A stretch of 64,000 nucleotides of DNA, taken from positions 3,877 to 67,876 of the forward strand of contig DASPLK010000005.1 of NCBI GenBank assembly GCA_035627595.1, read 5' to 3'. Positions 1 through 9,146 of the stretch are shown here, in pieces. This stretch comes from Minisyncoccota bacterium (GTDB lineage Bacteria > Patescibacteriota > Minisyncoccia > Phycocordibacterales > Phycocordibacteraceae). Position numbers and translations under genes: made by a program. The notes under the pieces are model-generated. The model had not been told where the DNA came from and did not search any database. It saw only the letters and a program-made list of their open reading frames with translations. Position 1 is the first letter of the stretch. Every line of letters begins with the position of its first letter.

Positions 1-670
1 GAAGGGTACGTATGCGCTTGTCGTTGCGGTACCGGGACTCGCTGCGCTCATCCTTTTTGCGACTTTCAACAACTTCCTCGGGGGTTCGTTCATGGCGCTC
101 CTTGATCCATACGGACTTTCAATGGTCTCAGTAGAGCTTTGGGGCTTCATTCTCGGAGCACTCAGCTTCTCGTTTGTCTTCGGCGGTATGGCGATCGCAA
201 AATGGGGCCTCGGCAAGAACCCATTGCGCACCATGCTCACTGCCAACGTGATCATCTGGATTGCATGTATCCTGTTCACCATTCAACCTCTTCTCTGGCT
301 CCTTATCGCCGGAATGTTCGTATGGATGTTCACCATGCCTTTTATCGAGGCATCGGAGCATACGTTAATACAGAAAGTAGTGCCCTTTGAGCGCCAGGGC
401 CGCGTATTCGGATTCGCACAGAGCGTTGAACAGGCGGCGTCTCCTTTAACCGCGTTCCTCATCGCTCCACTTACCCAGTTCGTGTTTATTCCATTTATGA
501 CGGTAGGCGTTGGAGCAGAGGTGCTTGGCCCCTGGTTTGGAACCGGTATGGCGCGCGGCATCGCGCTCGTGTTCACCGTTACCGGTTTCATCGGCCTTAT
601 AGCAACGATTCTAGCGTTTGCCTCTCGCCCATACCGATTACTTTCAGAGAGGTACCAGGAGCCAGCATAA
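1..670 (+). CDS. MFS transporter (5'-truncated by window edge)
   Basis: Multiple TM helices; LIQKVVPFERQGRVFGFAQSVE is a typical MFS C-terminal-half loop; the frame is open upstream of the 92 ATG. Confidence 0.8.
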   Translation, partial: KGTYALVVAVPGLAALILFATFNNFLGGSFMALLDPYGLSMVSVELWGFILGALSFSFVFGGMAIAKWGLGKNPLRTMLTANVIIWIACILFTIQPLLWLLIAGMFVWMFTMPFIEASEHTLIQKVVPFERQGRVFGFAQSVEQAASPLTAFLIAPLTQFVFIPFMTVGVGAEVLGPWFGTGMARGIALVFTVTGFIGLIATILAFASRPYRLLSERYQEPA

Positions 671-704
671 GAAAAGAGCCCCGTCTGGGGCTCTTTTCTT
701 ATGC
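665..704. terminator. Bidirectional intrinsic terminator
   Basis: 18-bp perfect inverted repeat GCATAAGAAAAGAGCCCC-gtct-GGGGCTCTTTTCTTATGC between convergent genes; includes both stop codons. Confidence 0.85.
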
Positions 705-1058
705 GCTAACGATTCCTGAGAACCCGCCGTAGTGCATCTTCTTCATGCTAAAGAGCGGCGTCTCCGGTTCAATCTCCGCCATGCGCGGATCGGCCATAAG
801 CTTTTTCATGACCTGATCGCGATGCGCACGGCTCTTGAACTCTGCGACGGCGACTACTACCGTCTCGCCGTCCTTAGGCTTTGCAGCTTTTACAAAGGAC
901 TGCAATCCCTCTTTGGCCTCAAGGTCGTTACCCATGAACTCGTTATACGAAAGCATGCCGTGCTCTTTGGCGATCTTGCCGAACTTCGCCGCTACCTTCT
1001 TGTATGCGGGAATGTTTGCTTCGGGAACTGGCAATAGGTAGAGATCGATATACTTCAT
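699..1058 (-). CDS. DUF1428 (YbaA-like) protein
   Basis: YIDxYxxPVP start, SRAHRDQVMKKLMADPRM, FSMKKMHYGGF end. Confidence 0.85.
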   Translation of the reverse strand: MKYIDLYLLPVPEANIPAYKKVAAKFGKIAKEHGMLSYNEFMGNDLEAKEGLQSFVKAAKPKDGETVVVAVAEFKSRAHRDQVMKKLMADPRMAEIEPETPLFSMKKMHYGGFSGIVSA

Positions 1059-1113
1059 TATGTTTTGAAAGTTAGTAGAGAGGTATGATACCGCGCTCTA
1101 CTTATCCCCATAC

Positions 1114-1734
1114 CTACAGTCCCAGTTCTTCTCGCGGAATCGCACCTTCTCGCAGTATGTACACCTGGTCACCAACTATAGACACGACCGTGGAGGCTTT
1201 GCTGTCACCTCTTGGTCCTGCGTCAACGACAAGATCAATATGCCTGATGTTAGGTCCAAACTGCACGAGGATGTCTCCAACCGTGGGAGGCGTTGGAAGT
1301 CCAGACATGTTGGCTGAAGTTGCGGTATAGGGGGTGCCGATCAAGTGTGCAAGTGCGAGTGAGAACGGATCGTTTGGAATCCGGATTCCCAGAGTGCCGT
1401 TAAGGAGAATGTCCTCGGGCAGCTTGCCGCTACCGGGAAGAACAATTGTAAGAGCGCCCGGCAGATGCCGCCGCGCAAGCGCACGGGCGGTGTCGTTTAA
1501 CTGCGCATACTCTTCTAATGCATCATGATGTGGCACGACGACGGCAATCGGCTTTTTCGTTTCTCGAGCCTTGAGCGTCTTGAGGCGCTGTATGGCCTCT
1601 TTATTCAGAGCGTCGACCGCAAGGCCATACAGAGTATCGGTCGGATAGAGCACCACTCCGCCACCACTAAGAACACTGGCCGCTTTTTGGGCGGCCTCAT
1701 CAAGAGTTTCTTCGGTCAGGCGAAATATCTCCAT
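1114..1734 (-). CDS. tsaC: L-threonylcarbamoyladenylate synthase (TsaC/YrdC/Sua5 family)
   Basis: YPTDTLYGL, KxR..KP, PGALT, TSANMSG, STVV, ILREGAI motifs. Confidence 0.93.
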   Translation of the reverse strand: MEIFRLTEETLDEAAQKAASVLSGGGVVLYPTDTLYGLAVDALNKEAIQRLKTLKARETKKPIAVVVPHHDALEEYAQLNDTARALARRHLPGALTIVLPGSGKLPEDILLNGTLGIRIPNDPFSLALAHLIGTPYTATSANMSGLPTPPTVGDILVQFGPNIRHIDLVVDAGPRGDSKASTVVSIVGDQVYILREGAIPREELGL

Positions 1735-1780
1735 AGCAGTTGAATACTACGCAAAAACACGGTATTGTCGATACGTTCAG

Positions 1781-1856
1781 GCGCGGTTAGCTCAGTTGGT
1801 AGAGCATTCCCTTGACGTGGGAAGGGTCACAGGTTCGAGTCCTGTATCGCGCACCA
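1781..1856 (+). tRNA. tRNA-Val(GAC)
   Basis: Cloverleaf GCGCGGT/ATCGCGC acceptor, TAGCTCAG D-arm, TTCCC-TTGACGT-GGGAA anticodon arm, GTTCGAG T-loop, encoded ACCA. Confidence 0.97.
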
Positions 1857-1955
1857 GCTAGAAAGGCCTTCTACCTATGGGAGATCTTCCTCATTACTTC
1901 AGAAGCAACTATCTACAGTTGGAGGTTCATACGTGAATACGCTAGAGTATGCTTC

Positions 1956-2954
1956 ATGTCACAACTCATTAAGACCTTCCTCGTCCCGACTCTCATATCG
2001 TTTGCAGTCCTCATCGGTATATTCTTTTGGGGCGGCTGGGGCGCATTCGCGCTTGCAGTGCTTCTCACCATCCTTGAGGTCACGCTCTCGTTCGATAACG
2101 CGGTCATTAACGCGAAGATACTGAAGCAGATGGACGAGAAGTGGCAAAAGCGCTTCCTTACGTGGGGCATACTTGTAGCCGTCTTCGGTACTCGTCTCGT
2201 CCTTCCTATACTCATTGTTGCTGCGTCTGTCGCGATGAGTCCATGGGCTATCGCTAAACTTGCCGCATTTGATCCAGAAACATACGGACATCTCTTGGAG
2301 GGTGCGCATGTTGCTATCGCAGCATTCGGCGGTACGTTCCTTCTCATGGTGGCGCTTAAGTACTTCTTCGACGATGCCAAGAGCGTGCACTGGATTCGCT
2401 CGGTAGAACGACACCTTGCGCGCTGGGGCCGTATTGAGGCTATTGAAATAGGTCTTGCACTTCTCCTCCTCCTCGGCATCTCATTCTTTGCAGGCAATGC
2501 AGGAACTATTCTCTCAGCCGGAACGATTGGTATTGTTCTCTTTATCCTCATGCAGGGCATTGCGAACTCTTTTTCCTTCGAAGCTGAGAAAGCAGTCGTG
2601 GCGGGAAGCGCGGCGCTCTTCCTCTATCTAAACGTGCTTGATGCCGCATTCTCCTTGGACGGTGTCATCGGCGCATTCGCAATCACGAGCTCACTACCGG
2701 TCATTGTTGCTGGCCTTGGCATCGGCGCGTACTACGTCCGTTCACTTACTATCTATTTTGTGCGCCAAAAAACTCTGGATACACTCGTATACCTTGAGCA
2801 TGGCGCGCACTGGGCAATCCTCGGTCTTGCCGGTGCGATGCTCGTTTCGCTCTTCTATCATGTACCTGAAGCCATCACCGGCCTTGTGGGTCTCGTGTTC
2901 GTCGGGCTTGCAGCTTGGTCGTCGGTTCGCCAGATGCGCAAAGCATCTTCATAG
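1956..2954 (+). CDS. DUF475 family (TerC-related) membrane protein
   Basis: EVTLSFDNAVINA, DAAFSLDGVIGAFAIT, YLEHGAHWAI; start moved to ATG 1956 (the ORF-track start lies inside the tRNA). Confidence 0.88.
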   Translation: MSQLIKTFLVPTLISFAVLIGIFFWGGWGAFALAVLLTILEVTLSFDNAVINAKILKQMDEKWQKRFLTWGILVAVFGTRLVLPILIVAASVAMSPWAIAKLAAFDPETYGHLLEGAHVAIAAFGGTFLLMVALKYFFDDAKSVHWIRSVERHLARWGRIEAIEIGLALLLLLGISFFAGNAGTILSAGTIGIVLFILMQGIANSFSFEAEKAVVAGSAALFLYLNVLDAAFSLDGVIGAFAITSSLPVIVAGLGIGAYYVRSLTIYFVRQKTLDTLVYLEHGAHWAILGLAGAMLVSLFYHVPEAITGLVGLVFVGLAAWSSVRQMRKASS

Positions 2955-2986
2955 ACCCCGCGCCATAGGTGCGCTATAACGAGTGT

Positions 2987-3844
2987 ATGGAGCGCACAAT
3001 TGTCTTTTATCACGGCGGCTGCCCGGATGGTTTCGGGGGTGCCTATGCGGCATGGAAGAAACTTGGCGATACGGCTGAGTATATTGGACTACACCGAGGC
3101 GAGGAGATCCCGGACGTTTCTGGCGCACACACCTACTTCATCGATTTTGTTTACGATAAAGAGATCATGGAGCGTCTTCAGACATCAGCCGCCTCACTTA
3201 CTGCGCTTGATCACCACGAGGGTGTGCGTGAAGTTACTGAGAGCTTGGTACACCACGTATTCGATAACGATCGATCCGGGGCGACTATCGCGTGGGACTA
3301 CTTCCATCCAGGCATACCTACGCCTAAACTTCTCCAATTCATACAGGACGATGATCTCTTCCTCTTTACGCTTCCCGACACGCGCAGTGTTCTCGCATAC
3401 CTTGGCGTGAGCCCGTTTACGTTCGAGTTCTGGGATGAGACCGCACAGAAACTCGACGATCCTGTTGAGGGCGAGATTCTCATCGGCACTATGCGCGCAT
3501 ACGGCGAGTACTTCGAGAAACTTGCACAGCTTGCTGCAGACAAGGCACATCCTGTGCTATTTGAAGGCTACGAAGTCATGTTCGCGACAGCACACCCCTA
3601 TAAGCCGATGAAGTCGCTGGTCGGCAATCTTCTCGCAAAGGCGCATCCGCCATTTGCTCTTGTTGTGGCTGCACATCCAGAAGGGTTTGGTGTTTCGATC
3701 CGGGGCAATGGATCAATTGACGTGTCCCAAATAGCGCAAAAGTACGGGGGCAACGGACACAAGAGCTCTGCTGGCTTCCTTATACCTGCTAATGGTCCCC
3801 TGCCGTGGACGCTTATAGAAGATGATGAAGATACTCGCGATTGA
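2987..3844 (+). CDS. DHH/DHHA1 phosphoesterase (nanoRNase NrnB-like)
   Basis: YHxxCPDG, FIDF, LDHH, SGA, GGNGHKSSAGF motifs. Confidence 0.85.
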   Translation: MERTIVFYHGGCPDGFGGAYAAWKKLGDTAEYIGLHRGEEIPDVSGAHTYFIDFVYDKEIMERLQTSAASLTALDHHEGVREVTESLVHHVFDNDRSGATIAWDYFHPGIPTPKLLQFIQDDDLFLFTLPDTRSVLAYLGVSPFTFEFWDETAQKLDDPVEGEILIGTMRAYGEYFEKLAQLAADKAHPVLFEGYEVMFATAHPYKPMKSLVGNLLAKAHPPFALVVAAHPEGFGVSIRGNGSIDVSQIAQKYGGNGHKSSAGFLIPANGPLPWTLIEDDEDTRD

Positions 3845-5012
3845 GACATCGTGCGATGAGACTGCGGTCTCGATACTTGAGGGCATTGAAAAGGACGGCC
3901 ATACCGCGTTCACCATACTCGGCAACGCACTTCTTTCTCAGATAGATATACATAAGGAGTACGGTGGTGTTTTCCCGGCACTAGCCAAGCGTGCACATGC
4001 AGAGAACCTCGTTCCGCTCTTGGCGGCATCACTTGAGGAGGCGGAGCTCCTTCGTGAAGACACGCAGGCACTATCCGAAGAGATGCGCACGCGCATTGGC
4101 GAGATGCTAGTCCGCGAGCCTGAACTAGCAGACGCGCTCTTCGCGTTCATCACGGAAGCAGAAGTTCCGGACATCGATGCAATCGCCGTTACATACGGAC
4201 CGGGACTTGAGCCTGCGCTCTGGGTAGGCGTTAACCTTGCGCGCGCTCTTTCGGTCGCATGGAATAAGCCCATCGTGGGCGTGAATCATCTTGAGGGCCA
4301 CATCCTTTCCTCGCTACTCGTCGGCGAAGAGCGTACATTCACACTTACGCCGCCCTCCCTACCGCTTGTTTCTCTCGTTATCTCGGGCGGACACACGGAA
4401 CTTGTCGTCACAACCGAATGGTCTGCAGGCACTGCGCGCCTTGCGTACAAAAAGATAGGCGAAACCCGGGACGATGCTGTGGGCGAGGCGTACGATAAAG
4501 TTGCTCGCATGATGGGCCTTCTCTATCCGGGCGGCCCGGAGGTCTCACGTCTTGCTGAGGAGGCGCGCGAAGCTGGACTTATCCCTGACTTCTCGCTTCC
4601 ACGCCCGATGATCGACGCGGATAACCTCGATTTCTCATTCTCCGGTCTCAAGACTGCAGTGCTATACCTAATAAAGGAAAAGGGTGAGTTATCCGAAGAC
4701 GACAAGCGCATGATCGCACGTGAGTTTGAGACAGCAGTTGCAGATGTTCTTTGGAAGAAGACCGAGAAGGCACTCGCAAAGACTGCTGCCCGCTCGCTTC
4801 TTATTGGTGGAGGCGTCTCCGCAAACCATAACCTGCGACAGATGTTTGCTGAGAATGCAAAAGAGCTTGGAATTGACTACAGCCTTCCCCACCGTTCGCT
4901 TACCGGCGACAACGCCATCATGATCGCCGTCGCCGGCTACTATCGCGCGCGTGAAAAGACGTACATGGAAATTGAAACATTGCGCGCGGATGGGAATCTT
5001 TCTCTTAGCTAG
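3822..5012 (+). CDS. tsaD: tRNA N6-threonylcarbamoyltransferase TsaD
   Basis: LAIETSCDET, YGGVFP, GPGL, NHLEGH, SGGHT, TRDDAVGEAYDK, FSFSGLKTA, GGVSAN, DNAIMIA. Confidence 0.96.
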   Translation: MMKILAIETSCDETAVSILEGIEKDGHTAFTILGNALLSQIDIHKEYGGVFPALAKRAHAENLVPLLAASLEEAELLREDTQALSEEMRTRIGEMLVREPELADALFAFITEAEVPDIDAIAVTYGPGLEPALWVGVNLARALSVAWNKPIVGVNHLEGHILSSLLVGEERTFTLTPPSLPLVSLVISGGHTELVVTTEWSAGTARLAYKKIGETRDDAVGEAYDKVARMMGLLYPGGPEVSRLAEEAREAGLIPDFSLPRPMIDADNLDFSFSGLKTAVLYLIKEKGELSEDDKRMIAREFETAVADVLWKKTEKALAKTAARSLLIGGGVSANHNLRQMFAENAKELGIDYSLPHRSLTGDNAIMIAVAGYYRAREKTYMEIETLRADGNLSLS

Positions 5013-5023
5013 TACATAGGGAA

Positions 5024-5047
5024 AGGCCCGAGCCGAAGCTCGGGCCT
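5024..5047 (-). terminator. Intrinsic terminator with UUCG loop
   Basis: Minus strand AGGCCCGAGC-TTCG-GCTCGGGCCT-TT right after the orphan gene stop. Confidence 0.75.
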
Positions 5048-5577
5048 CATATGGCCGCTCTCCTCGAGATGAGACGCATGCCGGGGTACAGTTTGAGTTC
5101 TCCGCTCCGTTGTTGAAACGCGAAATCCGCGGTATCGAACGCGTGGAGCTCCCACCTGCGACGGCGGACACACACGAGCCGTATGCGGATCCAGAGCGTC
5201 GGACCGACCCGAGCGAAGTTAACGAATTCGTCGGAGAAATATCCGACTCGTTCGTTGACCTGGCGCTCCAGCATGTGGATGATGTGCCGCGGATCGCACT
5301 GTGCGTCCGGCTTGTTGAGCAGTTCTTGGAACCGGATGAACGGTTCCTTCCGCACGACCGTGTACACGGTGTGGTGTCCCACCCCCTCACGCTCAATCGC
5401 TGACAAAAGCGGAAAGATCAGACGACGAAATTCCGGCGTCATGATATGTGCTTCCGGCTTCCATTTCAGGTACTGAAGCGGATAGAACGAGCGCGTCAGA
5501 TGATAGCCGTACGCATGCGCGAATTGCCGCATTGGGTAGAATGGACCGACTACGTTGATCCGTCGTTTGGTGTGCAT
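5047..5577 (-). CDS. Hypothetical basic protein (orphan)
   Basis: 176-aa ORF; strong SD AAAGGAGGG before ATG 5577; own terminator. Confidence 0.65.
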   Translation of the reverse strand: MHTKRRINVVGPFYPMRQFAHAYGYHLTRSFYPLQYLKWKPEAHIMTPEFRRLIFPLLSAIEREGVGHHTVYTVVRKEPFIRFQELLNKPDAQCDPRHIIHMLERQVNERVGYFSDEFVNFARVGPTLWIRIRLVCVRRRRWELHAFDTADFAFQQRSGELKLYPGMRLISRRAAI

Positions 5578-5673
5578 GGGCTTAGCCCTCCTTTCTGAAG
5601 GTAACCATCCCATACGGGGATAGAAATCTCAACTAAAAGCATATATGGCCCACTTCTGCTATATTCCATAGAT

Positions 5674-7890
5674 ATGGACGAGAAATTCCTCAAGCCGTAC
5701 GACCCTCAGTCGACCGAGCCCCGCATCTATTCTGAATGGGAGAAAAGTGGCTTTTTTAATCCGGATACCTGTGTCGAAGGAGGTCACACCGCCCCGGACG
5801 CTGCCCCGTATTCCATCATCCTTCCGCCCCCGAACGTCACCGGACGCCTCCATATGGGACATGCACTCATGCTCGCCATTGAGGATACCCTGATCCGCTA
5901 CAAGCGCATGCAGGGCCTCCGCACCCTCTGGCTTCCGGGCACCGACCACGCCGCAATCGCTACCCAGTCGGTGGTTGAAAAGCAGATACAGAAGGCCGAG
6001 GGCAAGTCCCGCCATGATCTCGGGCGCGAAGAACTTTTGAAGCGCATCGGAGAGTTTGCGAAGGAGAGCCATGACACTATCGTCAACCAGGTGAAGACCA
6101 TGGGCGCCTCCCTCGACTGGTCCCGCGAGGTATTCACTCTCGACGAAGAGCGCAGTTATGCAGTGCGTACCATGTTCAAGAATATGTATGAGGCAGGGCT
6201 TATCTACCGCGGTCATCGCATTGTGAACTGGGATCCAAAGGGTCAGACCACTATTTCAGATGATGAAATCGTTCACGAAGAGCGCAAGGCAAAGCTCTAC
6301 ACCTTTAGATATGCAAAGGATTTCCCTATTGCCATCTCCACCACGCGCCCAGAGACCAAGGTCGGCGATACCGCAGTCGCGGTGCATCCGGACGATCCGC
6401 GATACAAGGAGTATGTGGGCGAAGAATATTCGTTCACATTCTGTGACGTGCCAGTATCCGTAAAGATTGTCGCAGATCCAGAAGTGGATCCTGCGTTTGG
6501 TACTGGTGCGCTTGGCGTCACACCCGCACACTCTCAGACTGACTGGGAGATTGCTGATCGTCACGACCTACCCCGCCCCCAGGTCATTAATGAATACGCG
6601 AAAATGACCGTGGAAGGTCGCCTTAACAACAAGAAGACCACCGAAGCGCGCGACATGGTCGTTGAGTGGCTTGCGGAAGAAGGTCTTCTTGAGAAAGAAG
6701 AAGAGATATCCCAAAATATCTCTACCGCTGAGAGGACCGGCGGCATTATTGAACCCCTGCCTAAATTGCAGTGGTTTATCGCGGTCAATAAGCCGTTTGC
6801 GCTCCGACACTCCAAGATCCCGGGTATACAGGCTGGGGAGGATACTTCGCTACGCGACATCATGCACAAAGCAGTCTCCCCTGAAGGCATCACTGTGATG
6901 CCAGAGCACGCGGAGAAGACCTATTTCCACTGGGTCGAGAATCTGCGTGATTGGTGCATCAGCCGACAGATCTGGTACGGGCATCGCATTCCTGTTTGGT
7001 ACCGAGGCGAAGAGATGTACGTTGGTGTTGAAGCGCCAGAGGGTGAAGGATGGGAGCAGGATTCAGACACGCTCGACACCTGGTTCTCCTCAGGTCTTTG
7101 GACCTTCTCCACCATGGGCTGGCCAAAAGCATGGAACGACCAGACAGGTGAAGCAGAGCAGGGTTCGGACCTAGCTATCTGGCGACCCACCGACGTCCTT
7201 GAGACCGGATACGACATCTTGTTCTTCTGGGTAGCGCGCATGATTCTCATGACCGGGTTTGCGCTTGGTGAACTTCCCTTCAAGCGTGTATACCTGCACG
7301 GCCTCGTGCGCGACGCTCAGGGACGCAAGATGAGCAAGTCTCTGGGCAACAACATGGATCCTCTTGAGGTGACCGCGAAGTACGGTGCAGATGCCGCACG
7401 CATGGCACTTATCGTCGGCAACACGCCAGGCACCGACATGCGCATCAGCGAGGACAAGATCAAGGGCTACAAGCACTTTGCAAACAAGCTCTGGAACATC
7501 GCGCGCTTTATCTTCGAGAACACAGAGGACGCAGATGTAGCTGCTCCGCTCACTGAGACAGATACTGCACTCCGTGCAGAATTGGATACGCTCGCAACGG
7601 AAGTTACGCAGGACCTTGAGGCGTACCGCATCTACCTGGCCGCAGAAAAGCTCTATCACTACGCCTGGGACCGGCTAGCTGCAGAGTTGATCGAGGAATC
7701 TAAGAGTATTTTCCAAGGCACAGACGAAGCAGCGAAGGCATCCCGCAAGGCGGTGCTGCTCTCCATCCTTACGGACCTCTTGAAGCTTCTTCACCCGTTC
7801 ATGCCATTTGTCACCGAGGAGATCTGGAAGAGCATCGACCCTTCTACCCCGCTCATGGTCACCCGCTGGCCTGCTAGAATAGAGGGGTGA
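5674..7890 (+). CDS. valS: Valine--tRNA ligase (no C-terminal coiled coil)
   Basis: PPPNVTGRLHMGH, GTDHAAIATQ, DWCISRQIWYGHRIP, DTWFSS, KMSKS, LLHPFMPFVTEEIW. Confidence 0.97.
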   Translation: MDEKFLKPYDPQSTEPRIYSEWEKSGFFNPDTCVEGGHTAPDAAPYSIILPPPNVTGRLHMGHALMLAIEDTLIRYKRMQGLRTLWLPGTDHAAIATQSVVEKQIQKAEGKSRHDLGREELLKRIGEFAKESHDTIVNQVKTMGASLDWSREVFTLDEERSYAVRTMFKNMYEAGLIYRGHRIVNWDPKGQTTISDDEIVHEERKAKLYTFRYAKDFPIAISTTRPETKVGDTAVAVHPDDPRYKEYVGEEYSFTFCDVPVSVKIVADPEVDPAFGTGALGVTPAHSQTDWEIADRHDLPRPQVINEYAKMTVEGRLNNKKTTEARDMVVEWLAEEGLLEKEEEISQNISTAERTGGIIEPLPKLQWFIAVNKPFALRHSKIPGIQAGEDTSLRDIMHKAVSPEGITVMPEHAEKTYFHWVENLRDWCISRQIWYGHRIPVWYRGEEMYVGVEAPEGEGWEQDSDTLDTWFSSGLWTFSTMGWPKAWNDQTGEAEQGSDLAIWRPTDVLETGYDILFFWVARMILMTGFALGELPFKRVYLHGLVRDAQGRKMSKSLGNNMDPLEVTAKYGADAARMALIVGNTPGTDMRISEDKIKGYKHFANKLWNIARFIFENTEDADVAAPLTETDTALRAELDTLATEVTQDLEAYRIYLAAEKLYHYAWDRLAAELIEESKSIFQGTDEAAKASRKAVLLSILTDLLKLLHPFMPFVTEEIWKSIDPSTPLMVTRWPARIEG

Positions 7891-8606
7891 TCGAGTCTAT
7901 TCCACTAGAAACCATAGGATTCGCCTTCCTCGGAGGCGTGCTTCCCGTTTGGCTCTGGCTCCACTTTCTTCTGAAGGAGGATGCGCGCTGTCCGGAGCCG
8001 CGCTCCATGATTATTGTCGCCTTCGTCGCCGGCATGCTCTCTGTCGTCGCATCGCTCCCGCTTGAGACCTGGGTCGCCTCATTCCTTCCAAGCGGTAGCC
8101 TCGCCATCATCATTGCCTGGTCAGCAATTGAGGAGTCCATGAAGTATCTTTTGGCGGCGCTACTGGTACTGTGGCGACGCGCAGTCAACGAGACTGTAGA
8201 CCTCGTCATCTACATGATTACGGTTGCACTCGGATTCGCGGCTCTGGAAAATACACTTTTCTTGCTTGGTCCGTTTGCAGAGGGTCGCATTCTCGATGGA
8301 CTTGCGCTCAACAATTTGCGCTTTGTCGGTGCAACACTATTGCACGTAGTTGCGTCTGCGATGATCGGTTTCGCACTTGCAGCAGCATACGTTCGCGGTC
8401 GCAGCGTACGTCTTCTTTTTGTTTCAGTCGGACTTATCCTTGCGATTGCATTGCATGCCTTGTTTAATTTCCTTATAATCGCACCAGATGGCTCGCAAAC
8501 GCTTACAGCGTTCTTCCTCGTCTGGACGGGTGCCATCGTGTTTTTCGCACTGTTCGAGATACTGAAATATTTCCGGTATCGCCACTTACCAAAGAACACT
8601 TGCTGA
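7887..8606 (+). CDS. PrsW family intramembrane protease
   Basis: IEESMKY, GFAALEN, LLH, LHALFN motifs; GTGA overlap with valS. Confidence 0.88.
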   Translation: MIESIPLETIGFAFLGGVLPVWLWLHFLLKEDARCPEPRSMIIVAFVAGMLSVVASLPLETWVASFLPSGSLAIIIAWSAIEESMKYLLAALLVLWRRAVNETVDLVIYMITVALGFAALENTLFLLGPFAEGRILDGLALNNLRFVGATLLHVVASAMIGFALAAAYVRGRSVRLLFVSVGLILAIALHALFNFLIIAPDGSQTLTAFFLVWTGAIVFFALFEILKYFRYRHLPKNTC

Positions 8607-8613
8607 TCGTCTT

Positions 8614-9117
8614 ATGAAAAAGCGCTCCATCTTCGAACGTCTTTCCGGCACCGTCTCGGCCGCTGATGACTACGACTCATTCGACGACGAGTATCAGGCA
8701 CCCGCGCCGGTACGTCGTATGGCGCCGAGCGCCAGCGCTCCCGCTCGTCCTGCCATACAGGAACAATTTGAAGAGGAGCCGGTTGAGAGCGGCCAGCTCC
8801 CGGTTGATATGTACCAGACACCCAACGAGATAGTTATTCGCACGTTCATCGCGGGTGTTAGGCCTGACGAGATTAACGTATCTATAAGTCGCGACATGGT
8901 GGTGCTTGAAGGTTCACGCGCGACGGCGGAGAGCGTCTCTGATTCGGACTATTTCCACCAGGAGCTCTTCTGGGGCTCGTTTGCCCGTACGATCCTTCTT
9001 CCCCAGGAAGTAGATGTAGATGGCGCTACCGCAGGCGCAAAGGATGGACTTCTCACCTTGGTATTGCCGAAGCTGGATAAGGCACGGCAGACTAAGTTGC
9101 GCGTCAAAGCAGGATAG
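8614..9117 (+). CDS. Hsp20/alpha-crystallin small heat-shock protein
   Basis: LPVDMYQT, GSFARTILLP, AKDGLLTLVLPK. Confidence 0.92.
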   Translation: MKKRSIFERLSGTVSAADDYDSFDDEYQAPAPVRRMAPSASAPARPAIQEQFEEEPVESGQLPVDMYQTPNEIVIRTFIAGVRPDEINVSISRDMVVLEGSRATAESVSDSDYFHQELFWGSFARTILLPQEVDVDGATAGAKDGLLTLVLPKLDKARQTKLRVKAG

Positions 9118-9146
9118 CAAAACGGTCCCCTCGGGGCCGTTTTGCT
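9116..9146. terminator. Bidirectional terminator
   Basis: GCAAAACGGTCCCC-tc-GGGGCCGTTTTGC between convergent genes. Confidence 0.75.

Noticed and set aside
1857-1955. Possible yybP-ykoY riboswitch upstream of the TerC-like DUF475 gene
   Set aside because: Consensus GGGGAGUA...GAGAC elements are not visible, and a -10 box lies 7 nt before the ATG
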